Virus record (IMG/VR): IMGVR_UViG_3300034102_001587
Span: 1 to 64,000 of that record
From: an uncultured virus (IMG/VR IMGVR_UViG_3300034102_001587)
Taxonomy: Duplodnaviria; Heunggongvirae; Uroviricota; Caudoviricetes
Direction: 5' to 3' (one strand)
Length of the DNA: 64,000 nucleotides
In this document: positions 19,138 to 28,985 of the stretch, piece by piece
Layout: each line of letters opens with the position of its first letter
Position numbering within the stretch: the first letter of the stretch is position 1
The notes under the pieces: generated by a model
What the model saw: the letters and a program-made list of their open reading frames with translations, nothing else
The model's database searches: none
Told to the model about the DNA's origin: nothing
Position numbers and translations under genes: made by a program

Positions 19138-22100
19138 ATGGCAGTGTTTTCAGAAAATACAATTGATTTAACATTAACCGGTACTATTGAAGGTGGCGGT
19201 GGTGGCAGTGTCATTTATGATGCTAATACAGATATATCAACTAAACCAACATTTGGTATGCCAGTGGGTGTGAAGTCTGGTATAGAAACGCCAGTAGAAC
19301 CTACAATACCAAAAGATATAAATCTACCAAATTACGGAACTGCAGTTGACAATATAAACTACATAATTTATGTAAAATCAAATATTGAATCTGCAAATAT
19401 ATTAATTGATGGTGAAAATACTTTTAGAATTACACCAGACGCAATCAATATAGATGTTAATTCAATATTAAAAAGCCCTACGGGATATAAAACGATTACA
19501 ATATCCAAAGATGGATTTAAAACAACTCAAAAATATGTATTTTCTGTAATTCAAAATCCATATTTTAATTCTTATTTTGAAAAGAGTACTATTAATATTG
19601 ATTTAGGTTTAGGTTCTTCGCTATATGGATATTCAAATTATTATGATTTACAAAAAATAGCAGCTCCATTTCAAAACGTTTATTCTAATGAAAAATTTTA
19701 TAGGATAAAAATTGAATATTATGTTGATGATATTATTCAAAGTTTTCCATATGAATTATCTGACCAAACTCAAAATATAACATTTGAATTAGTACCTTCT
19801 GTAATTGTTCGAGAACCATTACCAATAAGTCAGTTACCTATAACTTTAGATGGTCCTGATAATTCGGTAGAAATTATAAAAAATAATATTGATACTATAT
19901 CTCTTAAAAATGGTAGTAACGTTTTAGAATTTTACGCCGGCGATACAATATCAATTCAAACAGCAGATACATTATCATTTAGAGTTACAAATATAAACAT
20001 AGCATCCACAACTACCAGAATTGCACCTTTAGAAGCAGGGCAAGATGAGAGTTTAAAAACTTCTATTAAATTGGATGGTGACTATTCTATTGATATAAAA
20101 TCAATAGAAATAAATAAAGGATTTGTAGCATCGCCTTTAATTAATGTAACAAATAATGAAGCAAGAGAATATAATATAAACTCAAATTCTGGAGTTCCAG
20201 TTTATATTGAAATTATTAGAAATGTATCATATGTAACTGCATATGTTGGTACTAACTCATATAAGTTTGAAATACTAGAAAGCGAAAAAACAGCTGTTAT
20301 TGTAATACCATCAGCTGCTTTTGAACGAGTTGGAAATTATAGAGTAGTAATTGTGCCATCAAATATTGCTGGTGATGGTGATTCAAAAGATGTAACTGTA
20401 AAAGTAATTGATGCGGTTTATGTTGGTGTACCGGATATTAGAAATATTGTATATCCATCTATAATAAAAGGTGCGGATAATGTTGGCACAAATGTAGATT
20501 TTCAAATAAGTTGGGAAAGTATTAATACTGATTATGTAAGAATTTTTAATGGTGAGAACGGATTATATACACAAGTTAATAAAGTAGGTAAAGTAAATCT
20601 TAATTTTCAACAATTATTAAACTTAGCAAATGAAAATATAAGTTCAACTCAATCTAAAAATACAAATGAAAATATAATATCACTTACCCTTAAATTAATA
20701 CCATATAATTCAAGTGGTAATGAAGTAGTTGAGGGAAAAGCTGAATTTATAACAATAAAATTAGAAACTGGTAAAACAATATTACCAAGAAATTTAGTTT
20801 TAAATAGAATTTTAGAAGGATTTACTTCTCAATTTGATGATACTGTATTTGAACAAGAAACATCAAAGTATTTAACGCATCTTTTACATTTAGGAGATGG
20901 TGATAATAAAGTTATTACAACTTGGACAGGTAGTTTAGATTCTTTAATTGTAAAATTATATGAACCAATACCAACAGCAATCCAACCAAATCAGCAAGTT
21001 TGGATTTCAAAAATTCAATCAAATCCAATAATTGAAACAGTAACAATTGTTGGAAAAGAAAGTGCATATTGCCCACCATTAAAAGGGCCTAATTTTAATT
21101 TACTTCCTGATAATGGAATTGGATTTAAAGTATTTGATGAGTTGGTAGCTAGTGGTTCTGCCACATCAAACGATTTAGTATTACGATATGCAGCATCAAA
21201 TAATATTGATACCACAAATTTAAATATTCAATACACAAGTGGTTCAGTTTATTCCTTTGAAAACTTTTCACATTTTGGTTCTGCAGAAGAAAGATTTAAA
21301 AACTTCTTCTACAAAGTTCAATTGATAGAAACTTATGAATCAAAGTATAATGAATTATCTTCTGGTAGTGCATGGACATCATCTATTAACGTAGTAAACG
21401 AAGCAAATAAAGTTCAACAAAAAGTATCTGAAGTTAAAAGAGGATTTGATGGACTTGAAAACTTTTTATATACAGACGTTTCATCATCGTTATCATATCC
21501 AAAAGTAAATGGAATATTACTATCATCAACAAATCCAACAGTAGAAAATTGGTATGACACAGCAATTGATTTATCCGCAGAATATGATAAGTACAATGTA
21601 AACTATTTAGTAAATAATTTACCAGAACATATTAGAGAAGATTATAACAATGAAGATTTTATTCTTTTCTTAGATATGATTGGTCAGCACTTTGATGTTA
21701 TTTGGTCTTATATAAATGGTATAAATAAAACAAAGTTAGTTGAAAATAAACAATTTGATGGTGTAGCTAATAATATGGTTTATCATCTTTTACAATCTTT
21801 AGGTTGGGAAGGTAAACGAGCTTTTGATTCACAATTCCTTTGGGAGTATGTATTTGGACAATATAAAGATGGTACTAAAAAATATGATAGACCTTTAGAA
21901 GATGCTAATAATGAAGTTTGGAGAAGAATATTAAATAACTTACCTTATCTATTAAAGCATAAGGGAACTGGTAGAGCTATGAAAGCTATTATGGCTTGTT
22001 ATGGCGTACCTCAATCTATGTTGACAATAATGGAGTTTGGTGGACCTCAAGACCCAACTAAGGGTGGTTCTACTAAATTTACATTTGATGATAGGACTGC

Positions 22101-24174
22101 GGCAATACAAATGAAGTCTGGTTCTTTAGTTCAAATACCTTGGAAAGTTATACCTTCAACAATTCATTATCCTGACGCTGTAGAATTTAGAATAAAACCT
22201 GATGTTGTAAAAAATACTACATTAGCTACGTTTGGAGAATGTTCAATTACTTTAGAACAAACAACGGGCTCATTTGTAAAACTTGGATTTAGTGTAGGTA
22301 GTAGTGTAACGGCTCAACCATACTTTACAGCATCTTATTATAATGACCCAACATATACAATATATGTTTTACCGCCAGAAACTGGAACGGGAAGTTTGGA
22401 TTTCCCATTATCAACAGAGCACTACAGTAATATTTTAGTAAATAGACATCAATATGGTGGTGGGAGTTTATATGAAGTATTATTTGCAACTTCAAATGGT
22501 ACAAGAATTACAACATATGTAAGTATGTCACTTCTTTCTGAGCCTGGTCCTTGGGAGAGTGGGTCTGTACTTACAATAGGAAATGATTATACTGGAGCAT
22601 TGGATGAAGTTAGATTATGGAAAGTACCATTACAAACTTCAAAGTTTGAAAACCACACATTATTTCCAGATGCAACAAATGGTAATTCATACACAGCATC
22701 TACATCAGATTTAATGTTCCGTTTAGATTTTGAATATCCAAAAGATAGAACCGCTGATAATAGTATTAAAAATGTATCAATTAGTACATTATACGCAGAA
22801 AATTACGCAACGGCAAGTAAATTCTATTCAGCATCTTCATATCCTTATCAATATATTCCATATGATAGAACAGTAACAGCTACTGTTCCTTCAACAGGAT
22901 TAAGTTATTCAAATAAAATTAGATTTGAATCTGCTTCTTTAGTTACTGACCTTTCATATAAAGTAAGAGCAACTAAAAAATCATTTGACCAAGCTCCAAT
23001 AGATTCCAATAGATTGGGATTATTCTTCTCTCCTATGAAAGAGTTGAATATGGATATTCTTAAAACATTTGGAGATTTTAATATTGATAATTACATAGGT
23101 AATCCTGCGGATGAATATAAAGATTCTTATAAAGAATTGGAAACTCTTAGAAATTACTATTTTGAAAGATTGGATAGAAACATTTATGAATATATTCAAT
23201 TGGTAAAGTATGTTGATAAATCTTTGTTTGATGTTTTAGCAGATTTGGCACCGGCTAGAGCTAAAATTTCAAAAGGTTTACTTATTGAACCTCACTTTTT
23301 AGAAAGAAGTAAAGTAAGATGGGATAAGCCAACTTCTGTTAGAGGTGATTACGATACAATTATAAACATAGATGAAAACAATGAAATAGAATCAACTTAT
23401 AATGTTGAAGAAATGAACATTGTTACAAATGATACTACAAATTTAGTTGGAGAATTACCAAACTATGATGCATTAATTGAAAATGAAAATTTATGTGTAT
23501 TAGATGTAACCAATCCAAATTACGATACACTTATTGAATATGATACAACAGAAATAATAGAAGCAACTGCTCCTTTTTATGATGTTGAAATAGAAGCACC
23601 AAATGGAGCAACACTTACAGGTCAAGCCGATTCTTTTAAATCTGTTCAAATTGGTATGGAAAAGGATTCTTTGGCAAATTCTGGATTTGGTTTATATGCA
23701 AAAGATGGTAATGCATTGGTAAGACCTTTTGATGGGGTATTTGGGAACTTTCAATTGACTGGAAGTAGACAAAGTGTATTCTTAGTTAAAGAAAGTTATG
23801 TAGAAAATGTTTCAACTCAAGTTGCCGGATGGCCTGTAAATGGAGCTCAATTGGGTGACCAAGTAGTTTACCAAAACGTTTCAGTTACAAAATATAAATA
23901 TAGAATTTCTCAACTTCCTTTTAGTGGAAGTATTGCGGTAGGAAATAATGTAGTACAAGTAACAGCTTTAAATGGATATTTCCCAACACACTATCGTTAT
24001 ACAAATAATTTATCAGAGGGAATGCAACGTACTTATTGGAAAGGTTCTCAACAAACTGCAACAACTACACCTGATGGGTTATCTCCGGTAGAAACATTTA
24101 CAACTAATCCTAACATTCTTAGAGTTGCTAAGACTGGTAGAGGTAGTGGTGAACCAATATTGGAAGTTGATTAG
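19138..24174 (+). CDS. Large baseplate wedge protein (gp7-like) with LamG-like domain
   Basis: NNLPEHI..FLDMIGQHFD, LPYLLKHKGT (wedge/P2 gpI-like), VEFRIK..GALDEVRLW (LamG-like). Confidence 0.65.
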   Translation: MAVFSENTIDLTLTGTIEGGGGGSVIYDANTDISTKPTFGMPVGVKSGIETPVEPTIPKDINLPNYGTAVDNINYIIYVKSNIESANILIDGENTFRITPDAINIDVNSILKSPTGYKTITISKDGFKTTQKYVFSVIQNPYFNSYFEKSTINIDLGLGSSLYGYSNYYDLQKIAAPFQNVYSNEKFYRIKIEYYVDDIIQSFPYELSDQTQNITFELVPSVIVREPLPISQLPITLDGPDNSVEIIKNNIDTISLKNGSNVLEFYAGDTISIQTADTLSFRVTNINIASTTTRIAPLEAGQDESLKTSIKLDGDYSIDIKSIEINKGFVASPLINVTNNEAREYNINSNSGVPVYIEIIRNVSYVTAYVGTNSYKFEILESEKTAVIVIPSAAFERVGNYRVVIVPSNIAGDGDSKDVTVKVIDAVYVGVPDIRNIVYPSIIKGADNVGTNVDFQISWESINTDYVRIFNGENGLYTQVNKVGKVNLNFQQLLNLANENISSTQSKNTNENIISLTLKLIPYNSSGNEVVEGKAEFITIKLETGKTILPRNLVLNRILEGFTSQFDDTVFEQETSKYLTHLLHLGDGDNKVITTWTGSLDSLIVKLYEPIPTAIQPNQQVWISKIQSNPIIETVTIVGKESAYCPPLKGPNFNLLPDNGIGFKVFDELVASGSATSNDLVLRYAASNNIDTTNLNIQYTSGSVYSFENFSHFGSAEERFKNFFYKVQLIETYESKYNELSSGSAWTSSINVVNEANKVQQKVSEVKRGFDGLENFLYTDVSSSLSYPKVNGILLSSTNPTVENWYDTAIDLSAEYDKYNVNYLVNNLPEHIREDYNNEDFILFLDMIGQHFDVIWSYINGINKTKLVENKQFDGVANNMVYHLLQSLGWEGKRAFDSQFLWEYVFGQYKDGTKKYDRPLEDANNEVWRRILNNLPYLLKHKGTGRAMKAIMACYGVPQSMLTIMEFGGPQDPTKGGSTKFTFDDRTAAIQMKSGSLVQIPWKVIPSTIHYPDAVEFRIKPDVVKNTTLATFGECSITLEQTTGSFVKLGFSVGSSVTAQPYFTASYYNDPTYTIYVLPPETGTGSLDFPLSTEHYSNILVNRHQYGGGSLYEVLFATSNGTRITTYVSMSLLSEPGPWESGSVLTIGNDYTGALDEVRLWKVPLQTSKFENHTLFPDATNGNSYTASTSDLMFRLDFEYPKDRTADNSIKNVSISTLYAENYATASKFYSASSYPYQYIPYDRTVTATVPSTGLSYSNKIRFESASLVTDLSYKVRATKKSFDQAPIDSNRLGLFFSPMKELNMDILKTFGDFNIDNYIGNPADEYKDSYKELETLRNYYFERLDRNIYEYIQLVKYVDKSLFDVLADLAPARAKISKGLLIEPHFLERSKVRWDKPTSVRGDYDTIINIDENNEIESTYNVEEMNIVTNDTTNLVGELPNYDALIENENLCVLDVTNPNYDTLIEYDTTEIIEATAPFYDVEIEAPNGATLTGQADSFKSVQIGMEKDSLANSGFGLYAKDGNALVRPFDGVFGNFQLTGSRQSVFLVKESYVENVSTQVAGWPVNGAQLGDQVVYQNVSVTKYKYRISQLPFSGSIAVGNNVVQVTALNGYFPTHYRYTNNLSEGMQRTYWKGSQQTATTTPDGLSPVETFTTNPNILRVAKTGRGSGEPILEVD

Positions 24175-24195
24175 AATTGAAAATACTAAATGGTT

Positions 24196-24204
24196 ATATT
24201 TATT
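24196..24204 (+). promoter_or_regulatory. Putative late promoter variant ATATTTATT
   Basis: 29 nt before the ATG at 24234. Confidence 0.55.
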
Positions 24205-24233
24205 TTAGATAAAAAGCATAAAAACAATATCAA

Positions 24234-24857
24234 ATGGCATATTTAGATAATACCGAAATTACTGTAGATGCGGTTCTTACCAAAAAAGGTAGAGAAAAAT
24301 TAGCATCCGGTCAATCTCTTAACATCACAAAATTCGCATTGGGTGATGATGAAATTGATTACACACTTTATGAGCCGGCACACCCAAAGGGTTCGGCTTA
24401 TTATGATTCAGCAATTAGAAACATTCCTGTTACGGAAGCATCACCTGATGAAACTCAAGTATTGAGATATAAATTAGTAACACTTCCTAAAGGAACAACT
24501 CAAATCCCAACTGTAAGATTGGGTGTACCTTCAATCGCTGTAAACCAAACTGAAGGTGGGGTGGCACTTTCACCAACAACATCTCCTGCTGGAAATACAA
24601 ACGCAGGTTATACTGTGGTGTTAGCAGACCAAAGAGCAGGTACTCTTACTGTAACAAGAGGAGCAACATCAACTGGAACTGTTCCGGTATTTTTGGGTGA
24701 AGAAATTACAACAACTGCACAAGTTGTTAGTGGTTTAGAATTTAGATTTACTCCAAATCCAAATTTAACAATTGATATTGCAACAACTCTTACTGTGTAT
24801 GGTAATGAAACTGGAGGTTCTCAAACTATACCTGTAACCGTAACTTATAAAGCATAA
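24234..24857 (+). CDS. Baseplate/tail-fibre attachment protein
   Basis: VDAVLTKKGREKLA..ITKFALGDDEIDY, typical of tail-collar N-termini. Confidence 0.55.
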   Translation: MAYLDNTEITVDAVLTKKGREKLASGQSLNITKFALGDDEIDYTLYEPAHPKGSAYYDSAIRNIPVTEASPDETQVLRYKLVTLPKGTTQIPTVRLGVPSIAVNQTEGGVALSPTTSPAGNTNAGYTVVLADQRAGTLTVTRGATSTGTVPVFLGEEITTTAQVVSGLEFRFTPNPNLTIDIATTLTVYGNETGGSQTIPVTVTYKA

Positions 24858-24870
24858 AAAGACATAGAAA

Positions 24871-26112
24871 ATGGCACTAATTAATGACCCTAATATAACC
24901 GCCCAAATTAGAGATTTAGCTAATACGGGCACAATTGATTCGAATCAACTCGTTTCAATTTTAAATTCTGTTTTACCAGCAGGTCAACAAATTGCTGTTG
25001 GTTCTGGCGTAACAACTGGTATCTATAAAAGATTTGGCGATTTTGACAAGGTAAACGCAAAAGTAGAAGTTGTAACAACTGGATTGTGGACTAATGATTC
25101 GGGTTCTTTAATTTCATTCTTCACTTCATCTACGCAAGTAGCAGCTACAAGCGGACAATATTATTATAATGTTTATAGTACAAGTCCAACAACGGATTCA
25201 TCAGCAGAAATACAGTATGCAGTTGCATACGGACATGTTGATGGAAGTGGTTCGGTAGATTTAGCAACTGATGATAATGCATTATTATCTTCAAAAGCAA
25301 CATATGCACAATATCGTTCTATGTTGTTAGACCCAACGGATACCAAATTTTCATTTGAAAATTCATCTGGTATTTCAACAGATTGTAATGGAATCTATGC
25401 AATTAATGTAGCTAGAGGACGTTATAGAGAAAAAATGGATGCTGGTAACTGGTCATTAAAACTATCTGGTTCTAATGGTTTATTTACTTTCATTGATAAT
25501 AGTGGAAAGAAATTTGGTGATGATTTAGGATTAAGTGGTAGAGAATTTAAAGTAGTTTCTGGTTCACTTAATTTAGGAACACAATCAGACGCAACCATTA
25601 AAAACGAAGCAGATACAGCTACTGATTTAGCAGTAGGTAAACCAGCAACCAATGAAGGATATGGTACTTTCTATCCTGATAGAGGTATTATTGTTCTTAA
25701 CGCTAAAGCGATTGGTTCTGTTGTTGGTAACGTATGGACTGAAACATTTGATAATGTTGGAAATGCTAGTGGTAGTATTTCAACTGCAGCTGAGCAATAC
25801 AATCATAAAAGAATCTATTACGCAATAAAGAATGGTAAAGATTTTGAAGCAAGAAGAACTGAAAATGTATCAACACAACATTTCTTCGTAAGAGCAACAA
25901 ATAGAGAGTTTAACTATTCTAACAACCCAACTTATGTTGATGCAGATGGTTTCTTTGTAGAAGGTACATTTGAATCGGACCCTCAAACTTACATTACAAC
26001 TGTAGGTTTATTAAACGATGCAAACGAATTGATTGCAGTTGCAAAAACTTCTCAACCAATTCCAAAATCATTTGATAAAGAAGTACTAATTAAAGTTAAA
26101 TTATCATTCTAA
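24871..26112 (+). CDS. Baseplate/tail structural protein
   Basis: GTFYPDRGIIV, EFNYSNNP, YITTVGLLNDANELIAVAK. Confidence 0.55.
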   Translation: MALINDPNITAQIRDLANTGTIDSNQLVSILNSVLPAGQQIAVGSGVTTGIYKRFGDFDKVNAKVEVVTTGLWTNDSGSLISFFTSSTQVAATSGQYYYNVYSTSPTTDSSAEIQYAVAYGHVDGSGSVDLATDDNALLSSKATYAQYRSMLLDPTDTKFSFENSSGISTDCNGIYAINVARGRYREKMDAGNWSLKLSGSNGLFTFIDNSGKKFGDDLGLSGREFKVVSGSLNLGTQSDATIKNEADTATDLAVGKPATNEGYGTFYPDRGIIVLNAKAIGSVVGNVWTETFDNVGNASGSISTAAEQYNHKRIYYAIKNGKDFEARRTENVSTQHFFVRATNREFNYSNNPTYVDADGFFVEGTFESDPQTYITTVGLLNDANELIAVAKTSQPIPKSFDKEVLIKVKLSF

Positions 26113-26135
26113 TAAAATTTAAACTCAAATAGGAG

Positions 26136-26156
26136 AACCCCCGAAAGGGGGTTTTT
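26136..26156 (+). terminator. Rho-independent terminator
   Basis: AACCCCC-GAAA-GGGGGTT plus T-tract. Confidence 0.9.
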
Positions 26157-26166
26157 CATTTAAGAA

Positions 26167-26175
26167 ATATTTATA
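26167..26175 (+). promoter_or_regulatory. Putative late promoter motif ATATTTATA
   Basis: Follows the terminator, 17 nt before the ATG at 26193. Confidence 0.65.
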
Positions 26176-26192
26176 TAAAATTGGAAAATTAA

Positions 26193-27134
26193 ATGATTAA
26201 GGAAATTCCAAAATCCGATGTGGTTGTTAGACCTATAAAGGTCTATAAAGAATGGAGATTAGATGAAAATGATATTTCTCCTATATTTGCTATGAGTTCT
26301 TCTTTGGGCGCATTTGATGATGAAAATGACCCTAAGAGTCAAGGAATTTCAAAACTAAGTCTATATAATTCTGTAAGAGCACAATTCTACACAAATTCAG
26401 CAACCGCTTCGGTTCTTACTGAAGTTGGTAGGAGAAAATCTTATGCATCAACTTATGAAAGAGTTTTAGAAGATGAATTTGCAGTATTTTCAATTCCTCA
26501 AATTTATTATGGTGAAGGAATTAAACCACAAACTGTAACATTAAGAGATGATACAATAGGTAGAACTTACACAGATGATGGGTATTCAAATTTAATAGAT
26601 TCTGCAAGTAATGTTAAAGGAAATATATTTTATGATAGAGGACTTGTCGTGATAACAAAGGATATTAATAGTGGTTCTGTTTTGGGAAACTTTACTTTAG
26701 ATTTCCGTTCAACAAAAACTATATTTGAAAATGAAATCTTTATTTCAGTATTAGAAAATGAATTTAATTTTTCACAAAATCCAACAGCTGTTTATGAAGA
26801 TGGTGGTACAAAAATTTCAACTATTATTAATAGACCGGGTAATACAAAGATAAATGATTTAGTTACATCATCGTTTTATGATCCTGGTATCAAATGGGTA
26901 AGAAATTCAAAATACCCAATTCAATCAAAATTGATTCCATCAAAATATGGTAGTTTTGATGATTATGAGTTTAGTAGCTCAATAGACCCAACAGGCTCCT
27001 ATTTAGCTCCTTATATCACAACAATAGGTTTATATGATAACGAATTAAATATGGTTGCAGTGGCAAAGTTACCACAACCAATCAAATCTTTACCGGATTA
27101 TCCAATAAACTTCATTATCCGTTTTGATACATAA
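26193..27134 (+). CDS. Baseplate/tail structural protein, paralog of 24871..26112
   Basis: GNIFYDRGLVV, EFNFSQNP, YITTIGLYDNELNMVAVAK. Confidence 0.55.
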   Translation: MIKEIPKSDVVVRPIKVYKEWRLDENDISPIFAMSSSLGAFDDENDPKSQGISKLSLYNSVRAQFYTNSATASVLTEVGRRKSYASTYERVLEDEFAVFSIPQIYYGEGIKPQTVTLRDDTIGRTYTDDGYSNLIDSASNVKGNIFYDRGLVVITKDINSGSVLGNFTLDFRSTKTIFENEIFISVLENEFNFSQNPTAVYEDGGTKISTIINRPGNTKINDLVTSSFYDPGIKWVRNSKYPIQSKLIPSKYGSFDDYEFSSSIDPTGSYLAPYITTIGLYDNELNMVAVAKLPQPIKSLPDYPINFIIRFDT

Positions 27135-27138
27135 GGTT

Positions 27139-27147
27139 ATATTTATA
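27139..27147 (+). promoter_or_regulatory. Putative late promoter motif ATATTTATA
   Basis: 21 nt before the ATG at 27169. Confidence 0.65.
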
Positions 27148-27168
27148 TAAAGATAAAACAAATAAAAA

Positions 27169-27357
27169 ATGGCTAGTATTATAGATATTTACGAAAAAAC
27201 TCCACCAAAGACTGGTAAAATTGACTCTAAAGGTAAAGATAAAACTCCAATAGAAGCAGATGGTGGCTTAGACTTAGCTAAAAATGAACCTAGACTTAAA
27301 AAAGCTAGAGGTGGAGATTTGAAAATTACCAAATACTCCGATACAGTTAAAAAGTAA
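27169..27357 (+). CDS. Small basic hypothetical protein
   Basis: 62 aa, follows the motif and an A-rich leader. Confidence 0.6.
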   Translation: MASIIDIYEKTPPKTGKIDSKGKDKTPIEADGGLDLAKNEPRLKKARGGDLKITKYSDTVKK

Positions 27358-27359
27358 AA

Positions 27360-27767
27360 ATGTCTTGGAAATTTAATGGAAATTTGGTTACAGAAGAAAA
27401 CACCCCAGAGGGTGCGGTTGGTTTTGTCTATAAAATTATACACAAACCAACTGGTAAATTCTATATTGGTAAAAAATCACTTACATCAACCCGCCGTTTA
27501 AAACCGCTAAAAGGAAAGGTTCGTAAGAGAGTAGTTCGTAAGGCTTCTGATTGGGAAAAATACTACTCATCAAATGAATGGATTAAATCTGAAGTAAAAG
27601 AAGGTAGAGGTGGGAATTTTGAAAGAGAAATCATTCAATTCTGTTTTAGTAAAAAATCACTTACATATTGGGAAGTTTGGTGGCAGTTCAAATTAGATGT
27701 ACTGTCAGACCCACAATCAATAAATGAAAACCTTATGGGAAAATTCTTTCGTAAGGATATATATTAA
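27360..27767 (+). CDS. GIY-YIG family nuclease-like protein
   Basis: GFVY..(10)..FYIGKK, YYSS, REII, conserved Glu and Asn. Confidence 0.7.
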   Translation: MSWKFNGNLVTEENTPEGAVGFVYKIIHKPTGKFYIGKKSLTSTRRLKPLKGKVRKRVVRKASDWEKYYSSNEWIKSEVKEGRGGNFEREIIQFCFSKKSLTYWEVWWQFKLDVLSDPQSINENLMGKFFRKDIY

Positions 27768-27779
27768 TAAACACACGTT

Positions 27780-27983
27780 ATGACAATTACTGAAATTTGT
27801 AAAAAATATGGCATTTCAGATGCATATTTAAACTCAAAAGATGATGCGCATTCAGTAGCAGCTGCATCCTTATTAGACCTTAAAAATATGGTTCTTCAAA
27901 ATCAACCAAGAGAAGAAGTAGCCAATAAACTCCAATTTTTAGCCGATTTTCTTATTGATATTAAAAATTCTTATGGCGGTTAA
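27780..27983 (+). CDS. Small hypothetical protein
   Basis: 67-aa ORF in tight operon spacing. Confidence 0.5.
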   Translation: MTITEICKKYGISDAYLNSKDDAHSVAAASLLDLKNMVLQNQPREEVANKLQFLADFLIDIKNSYGG

Positions 27984-27988
27984 TTAAA

Positions 27989-28020
27989 TTTGGATATATC
28001 CCAAAAATGTTGTATATTTG
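27989..28020 (+). promoter_or_regulatory. Bacteroidota primary-sigma promoter (-33 TTTG / -7 TAnnTTTG)
   Basis: TTTG 27989-27992, 20-nt spacer, TATATTTG 28013-28020; upstream of the primase. Confidence 0.8.
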
Positions 28021-28049
28021 TATAAGTTTTTGTGGATATAACCTAAATT

Positions 28050-28985
28050 ATGCTATCGGGTAAGAACAAATTAAAAATAATCAATATATTAGACTCCGCA
28101 TTAGGAGTAGGTTCATCCTTAAAGGGAAATGAACAGGCGCATCATTGTCCTTTTTGTAATCACCACAAAAAGAAACTTCAAATAAATTTAGATACACAAA
28201 GATGGCATTGTTGGGTATGTGATTCTAAAGGTAGAAGTATATCATCACTCCTTCGTAAACTGAATGTAGACCTTAGGGATATATCGGTTGTAAAGGATGT
28301 ATATGGTGATGAACCAGAATATGATTCCAAAGAAGAATATGTAGCTAAGTTACAACTACCAAAAGAATTCAAACAATTATACTTCAAACCAAAAGGAATA
28401 AATCCAGTTTATAATCAAGCTTTACACTATTTAAATAAAAGAGGTATCACTCAAGCTGACATCGTAAAGTATAACATCGGATATTGTGAAGATGGTTTAT
28501 ATGGTGGAAGGGTTATTATACCTTCTTACGATGATAATGGTGACCTTAATTACTTTGTAGCTCGTTCTTTCTATGAAGATGAGAAAATGAAGTATAAGAA
28601 CCCACCAATTAGTAGAGATGTGATTGTATTTGATAATATGATTAATTGGGATGAGCCAATCACATTAGTTGAGGGAGTATTTGATTCTTTCTCAGTCAAA
28701 AGAAATGTAATTCCCCTATTGGGTAAATTCTTACTCAGCAAACTCAAAAATAAAATTATGGAAAAGGGTGTTAAGGATGTAACGATTATGTTAGATTCTG
28801 ATGCCGTAGATGATTCTACAAAACATACTGAATGGTTTCAAAAAAATGGAATCAAAGTAAGAAATATTATCCCAACCGATAAGGATGCTGGTGAAATGGG
28901 ATTTCAAAAAGTAAACGAAATATTAAAATCTGCCAAAGAAACTACATGGGATGATTTGGTGATGGCAAAGTTAAATAATATATGA
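28050..28985 (+). CDS. DNA primase (DnaG/gp61-like)
   Basis: Zinc finger CPFC...HCWVC; YL..RGI; RVIIP; KYKNP; TOPRIM LVEGVFD and LDSD. Confidence 0.92.
   Translation: MLSGKNKLKIINILDSALGVGSSLKGNEQAHHCPFCNHHKKKLQINLDTQRWHCWVCDSKGRSISSLLRKLNVDLRDISVVKDVYGDEPEYDSKEEYVAKLQLPKEFKQLYFKPKGINPVYNQALHYLNKRGITQADIVKYNIGYCEDGLYGGRVIIPSYDDNGDLNYFVARSFYEDEKMKYKNPPISRDVIVFDNMINWDEPITLVEGVFDSFSVKRNVIPLLGKFLLSKLKNKIMEKGVKDVTIMLDSDAVDDSTKHTEWFQKNGIKVRNIIPTDKDAGEMGFQKVNEILKSAKETTWDDLVMAKLNNI

Noticed and set aside
18966..19210. GC-rich Gly-codon runs and ETPI repeats
   Set aside because: Explained as flexible protein linkers; no independent evidence of an RNA or DNA element.
27360..27767. GIY-YIG gene as an intron-encoded or mobile homing endonuclease
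   Set aside because: It is short, lacks a C-terminal DNA-binding domain and interrupts no gene; terminase, portal, capsid and primase show no intron or intein.
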